A DNA stretch of 64,000 bases, taken from positions 1-64,000 of the IMG/VR virus record IMGVR_UViG_2933206877_000003, one strand, 5' to 3'. Position numbers and translations under genes: made by a program. The stretch comes from a virus (taxonomy: Duplodnaviria; Caudoviricetes). Shown here in pieces: positions 27,513 through 37,024 of this stretch (position 1 is its first letter; every line of letters starts with the position of its first letter). Below the pieces are notes generated by a model, which was not told the DNA's origin, ran no database searches, and worked only from the letters and a program-made list of their open reading frames with translations.

Positions 27513-28791
27513 GGTTCCCCCTCGGGGCTTTGACGAGGCGCAGCCCGGCGTCGTGTGGCGGCCGGTCGCCGCGGATCTGCGGCACGTGGATGGCGGAGCC
27601 GGCCTGGATCGGCAGCGGCGTGTAGTCCTGGCCCTTGCCGTCAGGCAGCGGCGCCTCGTCCTCGCGGGCCCGCAGCTCGTCGAGGTTGTTCAGGCCGATC
27701 AGGCGGGACTTCTCGTACACCGAGTGCCGGGTGAGGATGTCCACCCGGATCAGGGCGTCGGCGTTGAACTTGATGAACTGGCCGCGCGGGAGCAGCTCCG
27801 AGAGGTGGTTCTCCAGCTTCACCAGGTACGGCAGCAGGGCGTCCTGGATGAATTCGATCTGCCGCTGCTCGGGCGAGCTGTAGCTGTAGCTCCCGCCCGT
27901 CTCGCCGCCGATCTTCTCCGGCGGGATGCCGTACACCGCAGCGATCTGCGTGGCCGTGAGCCGCTGCGTCTCGCAGAACTGCGCCTCCTGGACAGAGACG
28001 GTGATCGGCGCGTACTCCCAGTCCTTGCCGTAGACGATCGGTTCGTGGGACCGGATCGCGGAGACGAGGCGGCGCTTGATGGTGTTCGCCGTGGACTGGT
28101 CGATGGTCTGGGTGGTGTTCCTGAAGTGGCCGGGCGGCTGGCCACCGGAACGGAAGTAGTCGTCCACGAACCGCTGTGCGGCGAGGCCGGTCGACACGGT
28201 TACCGCGTAGGCGGCGAGCGGCGACAGGCCCCAGGTCCGGCCGGGCATCGTGATCCAAGGGATGTGCACGATGTCGTACGTGGGGATCTCGATACCGCAG
28301 TACGTCCAGACCGGGTCGGTGAAGGAACCGCGCTGCCCCAGCGGCATACGGTCCTGGACGTAGACGAGCGCCGGGTTCAGCCACTCGATCCGCGTCGGGT
28401 ACTCCAGCCAGTCCCGCTCCATCACGAGCCCGACCGCGTTGCCGCGGTAGACCAGCGACGTCATCGCCCGGCCCAGCCAGTCGTCGATCGTGCCCTGCGC
28501 GGACGGCTTCCGGAACAAGGTGCTGAGCGGGAGCTTCGTGGTGGCGTCGCCGACCCGCCGGTACTGCTGGATCGGCAGCGACGACACACCGGACGACAGC
28601 GCCCGGCCGGCGGCGAACACCGGGGTGAGTGCGAGCGCTCCCCGTTCAGAGAGGGCGGCTGGGGACGCGATGTCGCTAGTCGGCCAGGACACGTTGTCCG
28701 GGCCGAGGCTGCGCTGCTCGCCCCCGCCCCGCGCCGGCGAACTGGTGCCGCGCGTCCAGCCCCAGCGGCGGAAGGAGAGGGGGTTGCGCAC
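27505..28791 (-). CDS. Portal protein, HK97 family
   Basis: GNA, GLSPL, AQF.ET, IA..YGIPP, NELRA.ED..P motifs. Confidence 0.95.
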   Translation of the reverse strand: MRNPLSFRRWGWTRGTSSPARGGGEQRSLGPDNVSWPTSDIASPAALSERGALALTPVFAAGRALSSGVSSLPIQQYRRVGDATTKLPLSTLFRKPSAQGTIDDWLGRAMTSLVYRGNAVGLVMERDWLEYPTRIEWLNPALVYVQDRMPLGQRGSFTDPVWTYCGIEIPTYDIVHIPWITMPGRTWGLSPLAAYAVTVSTGLAAQRFVDDYFRSGGQPPGHFRNTTQTIDQSTANTIKRRLVSAIRSHEPIVYGKDWEYAPITVSVQEAQFCETQRLTATQIAAVYGIPPEKIGGETGGSYSYSSPEQRQIEFIQDALLPYLVKLENHLSELLPRGQFIKFNADALIRVDILTRHSVYEKSRLIGLNNLDELRAREDEAPLPDGKGQDYTPLPIQAGSAIHVPQIRGDRPPHDAGLRLVKAPRGNHG

Positions 28792-28837
28792 GATGGCCCC
28801 CTTCCGGGATCTGTCGAGGGCCGTCGGGCGGCTGCGG

Positions 28838-30364
28838 TCAGAAGATCGAGGCGAGCGGGTCGTATTCGCGGGCCGTGAGCAGGTGGGAGCGGGAGACGTA
28901 GCTCCAGCGGGCGACGCTCATGGCGACGAGCGGGGTGATGTCCACGTCGCTCTTGACCGGGGTCCAGGCGATGGTGTCTCCGGAGGCCTTGGTCTTGGCG
29001 CCGGCCACGGCGACGTCGAGGTGCCGGTTCGGGATGACCCGGAACGTCTGCTCGCGGACCCCGTCGAGGACCTGTCCGGCCGCGGCCGCCATTTCCAGAG
29101 CGCCGGTCACCGCCAGGTCGCCGGGGTCCGGCTCCTCTGGGTCGTCGGGGAGCTGGAAGTCGGCCTTGTCGAGCGCGGTCTTCAAGAACGCGTGGGTGCC
29201 GCGGCCCATGGCGATGGCGATCGGCTCCAGCGTCTCGCGCAGCTCGATCAGCCGAGGCAGCAGCCACCTCGTGCCGGGCCGATAGTCGGCGACCTGGACG
29301 TGGCCGAGGCCGTCCGCACGGTTGCCGTAGACGACGATCGCGGCCGAGTCGCGCAGCGGGCTGATGTCGACGCCGAGCGCGAGGCCGGTCTCCCGGTCAC
29401 GGACGCTGCCCTCGTCGAGCATCCGCGCCCACTTCGCCGGGTCGATGACCGTCGAGCCCTCGGCGCGCTTGGGCCAGATTCCGAGGATCTCGCGAGCGAA
29501 ACCGGCGTCACCCATACCGCGCCGGTCACGTGCCGTGGCCTCTTCGGTGACTCGGTATCCCCATGCAGGGTTGGTGGCCGCCCACAGCTCCGGATCATCG
29601 AGGTCGACGTCCGCGAGGTGCTCCAAGTCGCCGCCGAGACCCCAGTCCCGGTAGCCGAGCGAGGCGTCCCCTCCAGCTTCGGCTCGCTCGCGCAAGTGGT
29701 ACATCACGTCGCCGGTGTCGCCGGAGAGCGGCGGCGTCGAGGTGTAGATGATCTGCGGGTTCTGGACGGCCCGCATGGTCGGCATGAGGGCTTCGTTCTG
29801 CTCCCACGAGTAGGCGAACGCCTCGTCGATGATGTTCGTGGTGCCGGTGAAACCGCGGCCGCTGCCCTTGCTGCGGGCGATGAACTTCAACTCGGCGTTC
29901 GTGTCGAGGCGCTCGAAGCCTTCCTCGCCATTCGTGTTCGAGATCTTGATGCGGATGCCGTCGACCTCGAGCAGGTTCTCATTGGCGCCGACCTGCTTGC
30001 CGAGCCGCTTGAGCAGCTGCTTCATACGCCGGAACGCGCGGATCGCGGTCTTGTATTCGTGGGCCGACCACATGATCAATTGCTCGCCAAGTAGCAAGAA
30101 CCCGGCGAGCGCCCTGATCTCCAAGATGGCGCCCTTGCCGTTCTGGCGCGGCACCCACTCGGCGAACTCGAAACACGCCCACCTCCCGTCCGGGCGGACG
30201 GACATCATCAGGTCGAGGCTGTCCGCCTGCCACGGGTCCGCGGCCAGGCCGGCCCGGCGCGCCAGCTCGCAGGCCTCGGGCCCGAGCGTGTACGCGGCCG
30301 GCGGGGCGAGTTCAACCCTGGGCCTTGCGCGCGATGCGGGCGGTGAGGTCGGAGACACCCGCAC
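28838..30364 (-). CDS. Terminase large subunit
   Basis: Walker A VPRQNGKG, SAH, GRGF, Walker B IIDEA, TNPA, FAREILG, GVD, DI.PLVA; exact start uncertain. Confidence 0.93.
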   Translation of the reverse strand: MRVSPTSPPASRARPRVELAPPAAYTLGPEACELARRAGLAADPWQADSLDLMMSVRPDGRWACFEFAEWVPRQNGKGAILEIRALAGFLLLGEQLIMWSAHEYKTAIRAFRRMKQLLKRLGKQVGANENLLEVDGIRIKISNTNGEEGFERLDTNAELKFIARSKGSGRGFTGTTNIIDEAFAYSWEQNEALMPTMRAVQNPQIIYTSTPPLSGDTGDVMYHLRERAEAGGDASLGYRDWGLGGDLEHLADVDLDDPELWAATNPAWGYRVTEEATARDRRGMGDAGFAREILGIWPKRAEGSTVIDPAKWARMLDEGSVRDRETGLALGVDISPLRDSAAIVVYGNRADGLGHVQVADYRPGTRWLLPRLIELRETLEPIAIAMGRGTHAFLKTALDKADFQLPDDPEEPDPGDLAVTGALEMAAAAGQVLDGVREQTFRVIPNRHLDVAVAGAKTKASGDTIAWTPVKSDVDITPLVAMSVARWSYVSRSHLLTAREYDPLASIF

Positions 30365-30686
30365 CTCCCGCCGGATCGACGCTGGTCGGCGAAGAGCCGT
30401 ACTGGCCCTGCCGGATCTCCGCCAGAAGCGCCTTGAGTGCTGCCGACTGCTGCCGGGATTCCCCCAACAAGGCCGGAATTTCCGCTAGTTGCGCCGGATC
30501 GTCCTTGACATTGCCCGTGACGGCGCGCAGTATGGAGTCGAGCCATTCGAGCCGGTCGGCGATCCGACAAGCCTCCTCCAGCAGCACCAGATGCGCCGGA
30601 GTCAGAGACCAGATCGCCAGGGAGTCCCGCCACATCCGGCGGCCCCGCTCAGCGAGACCAGCAGGCTCCTCCACCATGATCACCAC
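30312..30686 (-). CDS. Terminase small subunit
   Basis: GRRMWR...LLEEACRIADRLE...ESRQQ...L motif; directly upstream of terL. Confidence 0.8.
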   Translation of the reverse strand: MVIMVEEPAGLAERGRRMWRDSLAIWSLTPAHLVLLEEACRIADRLEWLDSILRAVTGNVKDDPAQLAEIPALLGESRQQSAALKALLAEIRQGQYGSSPTSVDPAGGAGVSDLTARIARKAQG

Positions 30687-30814
30687 TCCCTCCAGGGGCC
30701 GCTTTGGGCTGCCCCAAAAATCGCGGGGGGAGAGGGAGGGTCAGGTGGGGGCGGGGTCAGCCAGGCTCTGATAAAAAATCCCGATCTTCCCCCGGAGTCG
30801 GGGATTTCCGCAGG

Positions 30815-31141
30815 TCAGAGGCTTGTCGCGTCGACGGTGAAGCTGGGGCGCGGCCGCTGCGCGGCGCGCAGCTGGTTGTTCCTCGCGGTGTTGCAGCGCC
30901 GATGGGCGAGGCGGCAGTTCGTCCGGTCCAGGGGGTCTCCCCCGAGCCAGAGTGGGTGGACGTGGTCGACGGTGCGCGCCCAGGGGTGGGTGGTGCCGGG
31001 TAGGGACTGGTCGACCCATCGGTGGCAGATCCAGCAGTGGGTCTCCTCCGCGAAGACCCGTGTCTGCACCCTCCGCCAGGGCCGGCCGCTTCGTGCCTGT
31101 CGAGTGCGGCGCTCGATCTCCTGCTCGGTGAGCTGTGCCAT
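30815..31141 (-). CDS. HNH endonuclease (packaging-associated)
   Basis: CWIC...VDHVHPL..GG...N...AH..CN. Confidence 0.9.
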   Translation of the reverse strand: MAQLTEQEIERRTRQARSGRPWRRVQTRVFAEETHCWICHRWVDQSLPGTTHPWARTVDHVHPLWLGGDPLDRTNCRLAHRRCNTARNNQLRAAQRPRPSFTVDATSL

Positions 31142-31148
31142 GCGGTGG

Positions 31149-31277
31149 TCAGCGGGCAGTGAGGCGGTCGGGGTGCAGTGGGTCCGGGTAGAGGGCGAGC
31201 ACACCGTCGGGCAGGCGTACCCAGATGTAGGACTTCCCGAAGAGGACGGTCAGTCGGACGAGCCTGATCTGTTCCAT
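31149..31277 (-). CDS. Small hypothetical protein
   Basis: ATG after GGAGG; 42 aa. Confidence 0.4.
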   Translation of the reverse strand: MEQIRLVRLTVLFGKSYIWVRLPDGVLALYPDPLHPDRLTAR

Positions 31278-31392
31278 GCGTCCCTCCCTGGATACGACGA
31301 AGCCCGGCGCGTAGGCCGGGCTGGAGTGGTGGGAGGGCGGAGAGTCCACGTCTCGGCGGGAGACCTGCGGGACAGCGATGCCAACGTCTCAC

Positions 31393-31421
31393 AGAATGAG
31401 CGCCCGCCGATCTTCTGTCAA
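31393..31421 (-). promoter_or_regulatory. Sigma70/HrdB-type promoter upstream of the packaging operon
   Basis: TTGACA-N17-CATTCT on the minus strand. Confidence 0.65.
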
Positions 31422-31432
31422 GCCTTGGCAGG

Positions 31433-31669
31433 TCAGGCCTCTTGACAGGCGGCACGCTGCGGGAGTTGGCGCAGGGCATCGTTGATGTCGGCGAGGTCCC
31501 ACAGAGCGAGGGCCTGGCCCCGGCTGGGGTTCGGCCGGGACCCGGCCGGGGCGATGCCGCGACGGCGCGCCCAGCCGCGGAACTGCTTAGGGTCCATGCC
31601 CAGGGAGTACGCGGCTTGGGTGGTGGTGACGAGGGCGCGGCCGTCCCGGCCGACTCGTGAGGTGCTCAC
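31433..31669 (-). CDS. Small MerR/Xis-like DNA-binding protein
   Basis: TTTQAAYSLG...FRGWARR.GI...WDLADI. Confidence 0.6.
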   Translation of the reverse strand: MSTSRVGRDGRALVTTTQAAYSLGMDPKQFRGWARRRGIAPAGSRPNPSRGQALALWDLADINDALRQLPQRAACQEA

Positions 31670-31680
31670 GCCCGCCAGTG

Positions 31681-32697
31681 TCACACCTCGTCGAACACGG
31701 ATACCTCGTCTGCCTCCGGCGCTCCGCCTGCCGGGCCGGGCCAGGTCCGCTCCCCGAACGGTTCCTGTGGGTTCCAGTTCTTCTGGAAGTTGCGTTCCTG
31801 GAGTTCGCGGATCTCGTCGGCACGCGAGGCGCGCAGACCAGACTCGATGACGAAGTGCCGCGCCCAGTCGTAGTCATCCGCGGTCAGCTCCCGCACCGAA
31901 TGCAGGTTCACAAAGCGCTGGCTGCCGTCGCCGTAGCCGTACAGCGGCGGGGTCATGATCCGGAAGCGGGCCACGCTGGGGTAGTCGATGCCGAGCGAGA
32001 TCACGCGCAGTGCGTCCTGAGCCGCGGTGGCGAAGTTGCTGAGCTTCTTGAGCCGACCGTTGGTCTGGCTACTCGCGCCGTCCACGCGGGGCTGGTCGCC
32101 CTGGTAGACCTTCGAGCCGAACTTGAAGGGCGACGGTCCCATGGTGGGCCGGTCGCCCGCAGAGTAGTGGTCCAGCAGGGCGTCGAAGGCGAGCACCAGG
32201 CCAGCCATCGCCATGGGATAGTCGGCGATGTCGGCGTGCGTCTGAGCCTCACGCAGCAGTCGGACCGTCTCGGGCTGGGTCAGCAGGTCGACCATGTCGA
32301 TGGAGTCGAAGTCGACCCCGAAGACCTTCGGCGTGACCGTTGTGAAGAAGTCCTCCACGGTCCGGTGGGCCTGCTCGATCTGGTGCTCAGAGGGGAACGT
32401 GCCGTTGTGCTTGAGCGCCACGCGAGCGTCGTTGAGACGCTTCATGGAGTCCTTCTTCGGCAGCTCGAACTCCGGCTTGATCAGAGCCCAATACTGGATG
32501 AACTCGGGCGCCTTGTTCACGTCGATGCCCAGGTGCTGGACGACGGTTCCGAGGTAGTTCTCAACGGCGTCGTGGAAGGACGTGATGGCGCGCGAGCGCA
32601 GCGGCGCAGGCTGGCGGCTCTGCTCGATGCCCTCGCGGTAGAGGAAGCGGACATACGCGAGGCGCTGTACGACGTCCGGATTCAGGGTGGGTGCCAC
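31681..32697 (-). CDS. Hypothetical protein with HEPN-like motif
   Basis: AITSFHDAVE helix and LNDARVALKH (Rx4H) motif. Confidence 0.65.
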   Translation of the reverse strand: MAPTLNPDVVQRLAYVRFLYREGIEQSRQPAPLRSRAITSFHDAVENYLGTVVQHLGIDVNKAPEFIQYWALIKPEFELPKKDSMKRLNDARVALKHNGTFPSEHQIEQAHRTVEDFFTTVTPKVFGVDFDSIDMVDLLTQPETVRLLREAQTHADIADYPMAMAGLVLAFDALLDHYSAGDRPTMGPSPFKFGSKVYQGDQPRVDGASSQTNGRLKKLSNFATAAQDALRVISLGIDYPSVARFRIMTPPLYGYGDGSQRFVNLHSVRELTADDYDWARHFVIESGLRASRADEIRELQERNFQKNWNPQEPFGERTWPGPAGGAPEADEVSVFDEV

Positions 32698-33026
32698 GTG
32701 AACTCCCGATAATTGTGCTGGTGTTGTGATTGTGGGGGTTCGCCCGAGACCGGCGCACCCAGATATCCGGCAGCCCGGTCGGTCCGTACGGCGCCGCGGC
32801 CTCTCGTACGCAGAGGCGGCGTCAGACACGGTTACCGGCGTTTCTGGCCAGGGCGCGCTGTGGTGAGTGCCAGGACACGCCGCCGTTCCGGAGTTGAACC
32901 GGTGCTGGCCAGCTGTGGACGACGGCCCTCGTCTGCCGACGGCGCTCCCGACTGTGTGCGCGGGCCCCGAGGGCCTTCTCCCGGAGGATCGGCGTGCGCG
33001 CCCTGCCGTGTTTTCAGCGTAACTGG

Positions 33027-33203
33027 TCAGCGCGGGCTCTGCGGCACGATGATCCGCGCGTAGGCGTCGGCCAGATCCTTCAGTGCCCCGGCCTGGTTGC
33101 TGGGATTGAGCTTCACCGATTCCTCGGCAGCCTGCGCGATGCGCTTCATCAGTGCCACCCGGGCGTCTTCGACCGCGTCTTCGAACTCGTTGGTGTTCGA
33201 CAT
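33027..33203 (-). CDS. Small hypothetical protein
   Basis: ATG after GGAG; helical 58 aa. Confidence 0.5.
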   Translation of the reverse strand: MSNTNEFEDAVEDARVALMKRIAQAAEESVKLNPSNQAGALKDLADAYARIIVPQSPR

Positions 33204-33291
33204 GGTTCTCCGTTGCTGGTAAGTGATGGACATCGTCCGGTCGGGGCCCTGGCTTCGCCGATACGAGCGGCAGAGCCAGGGCCCGGCTGCG

Positions 33292-33444
33292 CTACAGCGC
33301 GGCGCTGATGGCGTAGCCGATCAGGCCGACCGCCACTACGGGCAGACCGAGCGCGGCGCCCTGCTGCTTGGCGACCTTGCCCAGGTATGCCTGGGCGGCC
33401 AGAGCGGCGAGCATGGCAACGACCGTCTTCTGCTTCTTCGACAT
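33292..33444 (-). CDS. Small hydrophobic peptide
   Basis: ATG after AAGGAGGTG; basic N-terminus plus hydrophobic segments. Confidence 0.55.
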   Translation of the reverse strand: MSKKQKTVVAMLAALAAQAYLGKVAKQQGAALGLPVVAVGLIGYAISAAL

Positions 33445-33590
33445 GTTCTTCACCTCCTTCCATTGAGAGTTGGGAGGAAGGATCGCACGCGGCACTGACA
33501 ATGACCCTGCGATTGGGAGGCGTTGTCCGGCCGCAGGGCCCTGACCTGGCTGCTTGCTAAATCACGCTGGCCGGGTGCACCTTGCACGGC

Positions 33591-33797
33591 ATGCGCTACT
33601 ACGTGATGAGCGGCCCGCACCAGGGCGACACGGGCGAGATGACGGACGGGGTGGGTGAGATCCGGCTCCCCCATCCCACGACCGGCGGTGTCCACTGCCG
33701 GTACCAGGTGAACACCTCGGACGCACTGATCGAGCAGGCGGGGTTCGAGCCCGGCGTGCAGCTGCACTACGCCGGCGACGTCCCGCGTCTGGAGTAA
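33591..33797 (+). CDS. Small hypothetical protein
   Basis: Plus-strand ORF with plausible codon usage. Confidence 0.45.
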   Translation: MRYYVMSGPHQGDTGEMTDGVGEIRLPHPTTGGVHCRYQVNTSDALIEQAGFEPGVQLHYAGDVPRLE

Positions 33798-33838
33798 CCC
33801 GGCGTGCGCCGCGCGGACCCCCGGCTCAGGCTGGTCGC

Positions 33839-34054
33839 ATGGCCGGTGCCCGCGTCATCGTCTACCCGCCGTCCGAGACGGGCGCCCGCAGGGTGACTGT
33901 CGACGGCGTCCTGCTGGGTACCGCCTTCAGCCTGCACGACATGGCCGTCCTCCTGGAGCGCGCCGGCCTGGAGGGGTGGGACGAACTCGACGTCGCCGCG
34001 CACGCCGGGCTGATCGAATGGCGTGGGGGCGGCCCGGACACGTGGGAGACCTGA
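33839..34054 (+). CDS. Conserved small Streptomyces-type hypothetical protein
   Basis: VYPPS..G.RRV...LG.A...AGL...IEWRGGGP. Confidence 0.65.
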   Translation: MAGARVIVYPPSETGARRVTVDGVLLGTAFSLHDMAVLLERAGLEGWDELDVAAHAGLIEWRGGGPDTWET

Positions 34055-34081
34055 GCGGGCGCAGCGTCGTCGGCCGTCGGT

Positions 34082-34825
34082 TCAGCCGGGCCAGACCGTG
34101 TAGACGGCGCGGACCGCCTTCGCCACGGCGGGGATGCCGGTCCACTTCTCCCGGTAGCTCGCACCTGCGGGCAGGGTGTCCGGCGCGTTGTCGGACGCAC
34201 CAGTGCCACCTCCCACGATGCTGCCCTTCGCGTCGTACAGGACGACCTGTTGTGTCACTCCGCCCGAGACCGCTGCGCGCGTGCCGTTGGTGGCCTTCAC
34301 CGCCAGGTCGTAGGCGTACGGCGCGCCGGTGTACTGGTCGCCGCTGCTGTCGCGGGTCAGCGTCTGGTCGCTGGTGGCCAGCGCGCCCAGCTCGCTGATG
34401 CCGGCCTGCCCGGCGGTCTTGTTCAGTGTGACCTGGACCTTGGCGGGGACGCCGGTGAGTGCTGCGGAGAGTCCACCGCCGAGGTCCCCGAAGTAGTCGA
34501 AGGTGGCGCCGGCCGGGACCCTTGGCAGGCTGGTCTCGGCGGAGCCGACGATGGTGCCCGACTTGTCGAGGGCTTGGGCGTCGATGACGACCGCGGCCGC
34601 CGACTTGCTGTCATTCCTGACACGGGCCACGTACCAGACTTCGGGATCGCTGCCGTTCTTCGCCGTGTGATTCCAGGCGAGCCGTACGGAAGCGGTGCTG
34701 GCCGGCGCAGCGGGCTTCCTCGGGATACGCGCGTCCACGGCCGGCCGACCCTCGCTGCTGCCGCATGCGGTGAGCCCGACGGCCGCCAGGACAGCGGCGA
34801 TGGGCAGGCTGACGGCACGTTTCAT
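34082..34825 (-). CDS. Lipoprotein with FxLYD-like Ig-fold repeats
   Basis: Lipobox LTAC; VVLYDAKGSIVG and ALDKSGTIVG repeats. Confidence 0.75.
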   Translation of the reverse strand: MKRAVSLPIAAVLAAVGLTACGSSEGRPAVDARIPRKPAAPASTASVRLAWNHTAKNGSDPEVWYVARVRNDSKSAAAVVIDAQALDKSGTIVGSAETSLPRVPAGATFDYFGDLGGGLSAALTGVPAKVQVTLNKTAGQAGISELGALATSDQTLTRDSSGDQYTGAPYAYDLAVKATNGTRAAVSGGVTQQVVLYDAKGSIVGGGTGASDNAPDTLPAGASYREKWTGIPAVAKAVRAVYTVWPG

Positions 34826-35081
34826 GGTCCCCCCAGAGTGTGCGTGCTGGGCGGGATGCTCCCACCAGCTCTACGGGGGGTCAACTGGATCTAGAAGAGG
34901 GGCCGTTCTCCTCGGGGGCAGGTAGCGGCAGCGGCTACGACGCGGGCTCACTGCCCTCAGTCCCCGGTCGTGCGCCTCACGCGCCCAGAGGCGCTCTGGG
35001 CGCGGCGCAGAGCGGGCAGGCCGGCGTGGAGCAGCGCGGCTTCCGAGCACGGGGCTCCAGGTCGCACGGTGACGGGGTTGG

Positions 35082-35345
35082 TCACTCCTCGATCGGCCGG
35101 CCGCCGACGGCCTGCCCGTCGCGTACGAGCAGGACCAGCGGCCGGGGGACGTCGCTCTCCTCAAGGCCGCCCTCGGGCACGGACGCCCCGCCGGTGAAGG
35201 GGTCCCGGGTGCTCCCTTCGCTGGCGTAGTCCCACACCCACTTGGGGTGGTTCGAGCGGACGCGGAGGTTGCCGGCCGCGTCGAGTACAACGTCGCCGGG
35301 CTTCCAGGTCCCGTCGAGGCTGGTGATCTTGTGCACGGGTTCCAT
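35082..35345 (-). CDS. Hypothetical protein
   Basis: W.PGDVVLDA.G...PRPL.LLVRDG; RBS AGGA. Confidence 0.55.
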   Translation of the reverse strand: MEPVHKITSLDGTWKPGDVVLDAAGNLRVRSNHPKWVWDYASEGSTRDPFTGGASVPEGGLEESDVPRPLVLLVRDGQAVGGRPIEE

Positions 35346-35382
35346 GGCCGTATCCTTCCTCACTGCACTGACAACGGGGCCG

Positions 35383-35796
35383 TCAGGTGCGGTCTGTTGT
35401 TTCGTCGCTCTTGCGGTAGGCGCGGCGCCCGACGAGTGCCTTGGTGATGGTGGCGCCGTACCAGCGGTGCGCGCGGCTGGATTCGTCGTCCGGGGCGGGC
35501 CAGCGGCCCTTCGAGCGGTCGGCACGGATGGTGGCGGCGGTGATGCCGGTGAGGTTCTCGATCTCGCGCGCGCTGTACAGGCGGCGGGGCTCCAGCTCGG
35601 CGGCCGGGCGGTCGACGTGCGCGGCGACGAACCGGTCCACGGCGGCCGGGTCGAACAGGAGGAATTTGCCGCGCTTCCGGGACAGCGGCTTGGGCCACTC
35701 CGGGTGCCGGGCCCACTGGTTGCGGACGGTCGTCTCGGCCCGGCCATGGCGGGCGGCGATCTCGGCGTACGTCTCGCCGGGCGGGGTGTCTACCAT
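35383..35796 (-). CDS. Tandem AlpA/Xis-like HTH protein
   Basis: Two repeats: TYAEIAARHG..ETTVR..W..WP.P and SAREIENLTGI.AATIR...GRWP.P. Confidence 0.7.
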   Translation of the reverse strand: MVDTPPGETYAEIAARHGRAETTVRNQWARHPEWPKPLSRKRGKFLLFDPAAVDRFVAAHVDRPAAELEPRRLYSAREIENLTGITAATIRADRSKGRWPAPDDESSRAHRWYGATITKALVGRRAYRKSDETTDRT

Positions 35797-35903
35797 TGTC
35801 GTGTCCGTCCTTCGTGGATGGTTGGTGACCGGCAGGGGTATTGCGCCGGGCGCTGTGCGCCCGTGGGCTTCGGCCCGGCCCCTGCCGGTTGACTCTGCTT
35901 GCG

Positions 35904-35936
35904 CCAGGGCCCCCGGCTGGCTGCCGGGGGCCCTGG
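35904..35936 (-). terminator. 14-bp hairpin after the 35941-36324 gene
   Basis: CCAGGGCCCCCGGC-N5-GCCGGGGGCCCTGG. Confidence 0.6.
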
Positions 35937-35940
35937 TGTG

Positions 35941-36324
35941 TCACTCGTCCGGGTCGTCGCCCAGGAGCGCGTCTTCCACGGCGTGGAGACCGTCGTGGGC
36001 GGTCACGATGTTGAGCCGGATCTCCAGGGCCACGATCCGCTCGGGCTTCTCCATGTACCTGGTGAAGAGGTGGGAGGCGGAGAGCCAGTGGAGGCCCGCT
36101 CCCCAGATCCCGGACTGGATGAGTTCGTGGACCGGTTCGTCGGTGACGACTTCCACGAGTCGGGTGACTGCCTCGTTCATCTCCTCCCCGTTGAGCGTGT
36201 CCCCGGTGAAGTCGGGGAGCTGGACGGGGACCGGGAGGAGCTGGCACACCCGGCGGAGCAGGAGGTAGACGGCGACGATCGTGTTACCCAGCATCTGGGT
36301 CTCCCGCTCGAACTCGTCAGACAT
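35941..36324 (-). CDS. Acidic helical hypothetical protein (stand-alone unit)
   Basis: ATG after GAGAGGA; has its own promoter and terminator. Confidence 0.65.
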   Translation of the reverse strand: MSDEFERETQMLGNTIVAVYLLLRRVCQLLPVPVQLPDFTGDTLNGEEMNEAVTRLVEVVTDEPVHELIQSGIWGAGLHWLSASHLFTRYMEKPERIVALEIRLNIVTAHDGLHAVEDALLGDDPDE

Positions 36325-36400
36325 GTTGTCCGTCCTCTCTTGAATTGTGGTGGTTGGTGAAGGAGTTCGGAGATTGCGGCCCCTCGTTCCTTCTGTCTCT

Positions 36401-36430
36401 ATTATGGACCCTTCACGCACTGATTTGCAA
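36401..36430 (-). promoter_or_regulatory. Strong sigma70-type promoter
   Basis: TTGCAA-N18-CATAAT in an AT-richer intergenic stretch. Confidence 0.65.
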
Positions 36431-36493
36431 CACATCCAACCGAGAAACTGGCCCCAACCTCCGTACAGATCAGGGCCGTTGTGTTCAGCGTGG

Positions 36494-36712
36494 TCAGGCG
36501 CGCTGCCAGCCGGACAGCCGGCCCTCGTCGCCGACCTCGGCGGTGAGCCTCTGCCCGGCCAGGTCACTGACCGGGATGTCGGTGGCGGCCGCGATCTCGG
36601 CCGCCGGGTACCGCTCCGGCTCGCCGCGGTCTTCCGGCGGAACATCGGCGACGATTTCGGCCTGGTCGCCGAACAGCAGCAGGACTCGGACGGTGACACG
36701 CTCAGTCGTCAT
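36494..36712 (-). CDS. Hypothetical protein
   Basis: Coupled small ORF. Confidence 0.5.
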   Translation of the reverse strand: MTTERVTVRVLLLFGDQAEIVADVPPEDRGEPERYPAAEIAAATDIPVSDLAGQRLTAEVGDEGRLSGWQRA

Positions 36713-37017
36713 GGGGTCATCCTCTCGTGATGTCCGATAGGCGGCGCGATGACGCAGCGACTGGGCTGACCGCTCAGCCAGCCCGTGCCGGGCATTGCGC
36801 ACATGATCTCGGCCGGGTGCCGGTCGACATAGTTGTAGACGCCGGTCAGCCCGTCCATGTGCTCGTTGCAGACCAGGGAGAAGTGGCCAGACGGGGCCAG
36901 GAGCCAGGCGACGTGCCAGGTGGCGGTGTCGGGGCAGGCCGGGTCCATTGGCCAGGTACGGGCGTGACAACGGAGTTCGCCGTCGTACGGACGCGGATCG
37001 CGGGGTGGGGTCCTCAT
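36709..37017 (-). CDS. Cys/His-rich hypothetical protein
   Basis: Coupled small ORF. Confidence 0.45.
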   Translation of the reverse strand: MRTPPRDPRPYDGELRCHARTWPMDPACPDTATWHVAWLLAPSGHFSLVCNEHMDGLTGVYNYVDRHPAEIMCAMPGTGWLSGQPSRCVIAPPIGHHERMTP

Positions 37018-37024
37018 TCGAACC

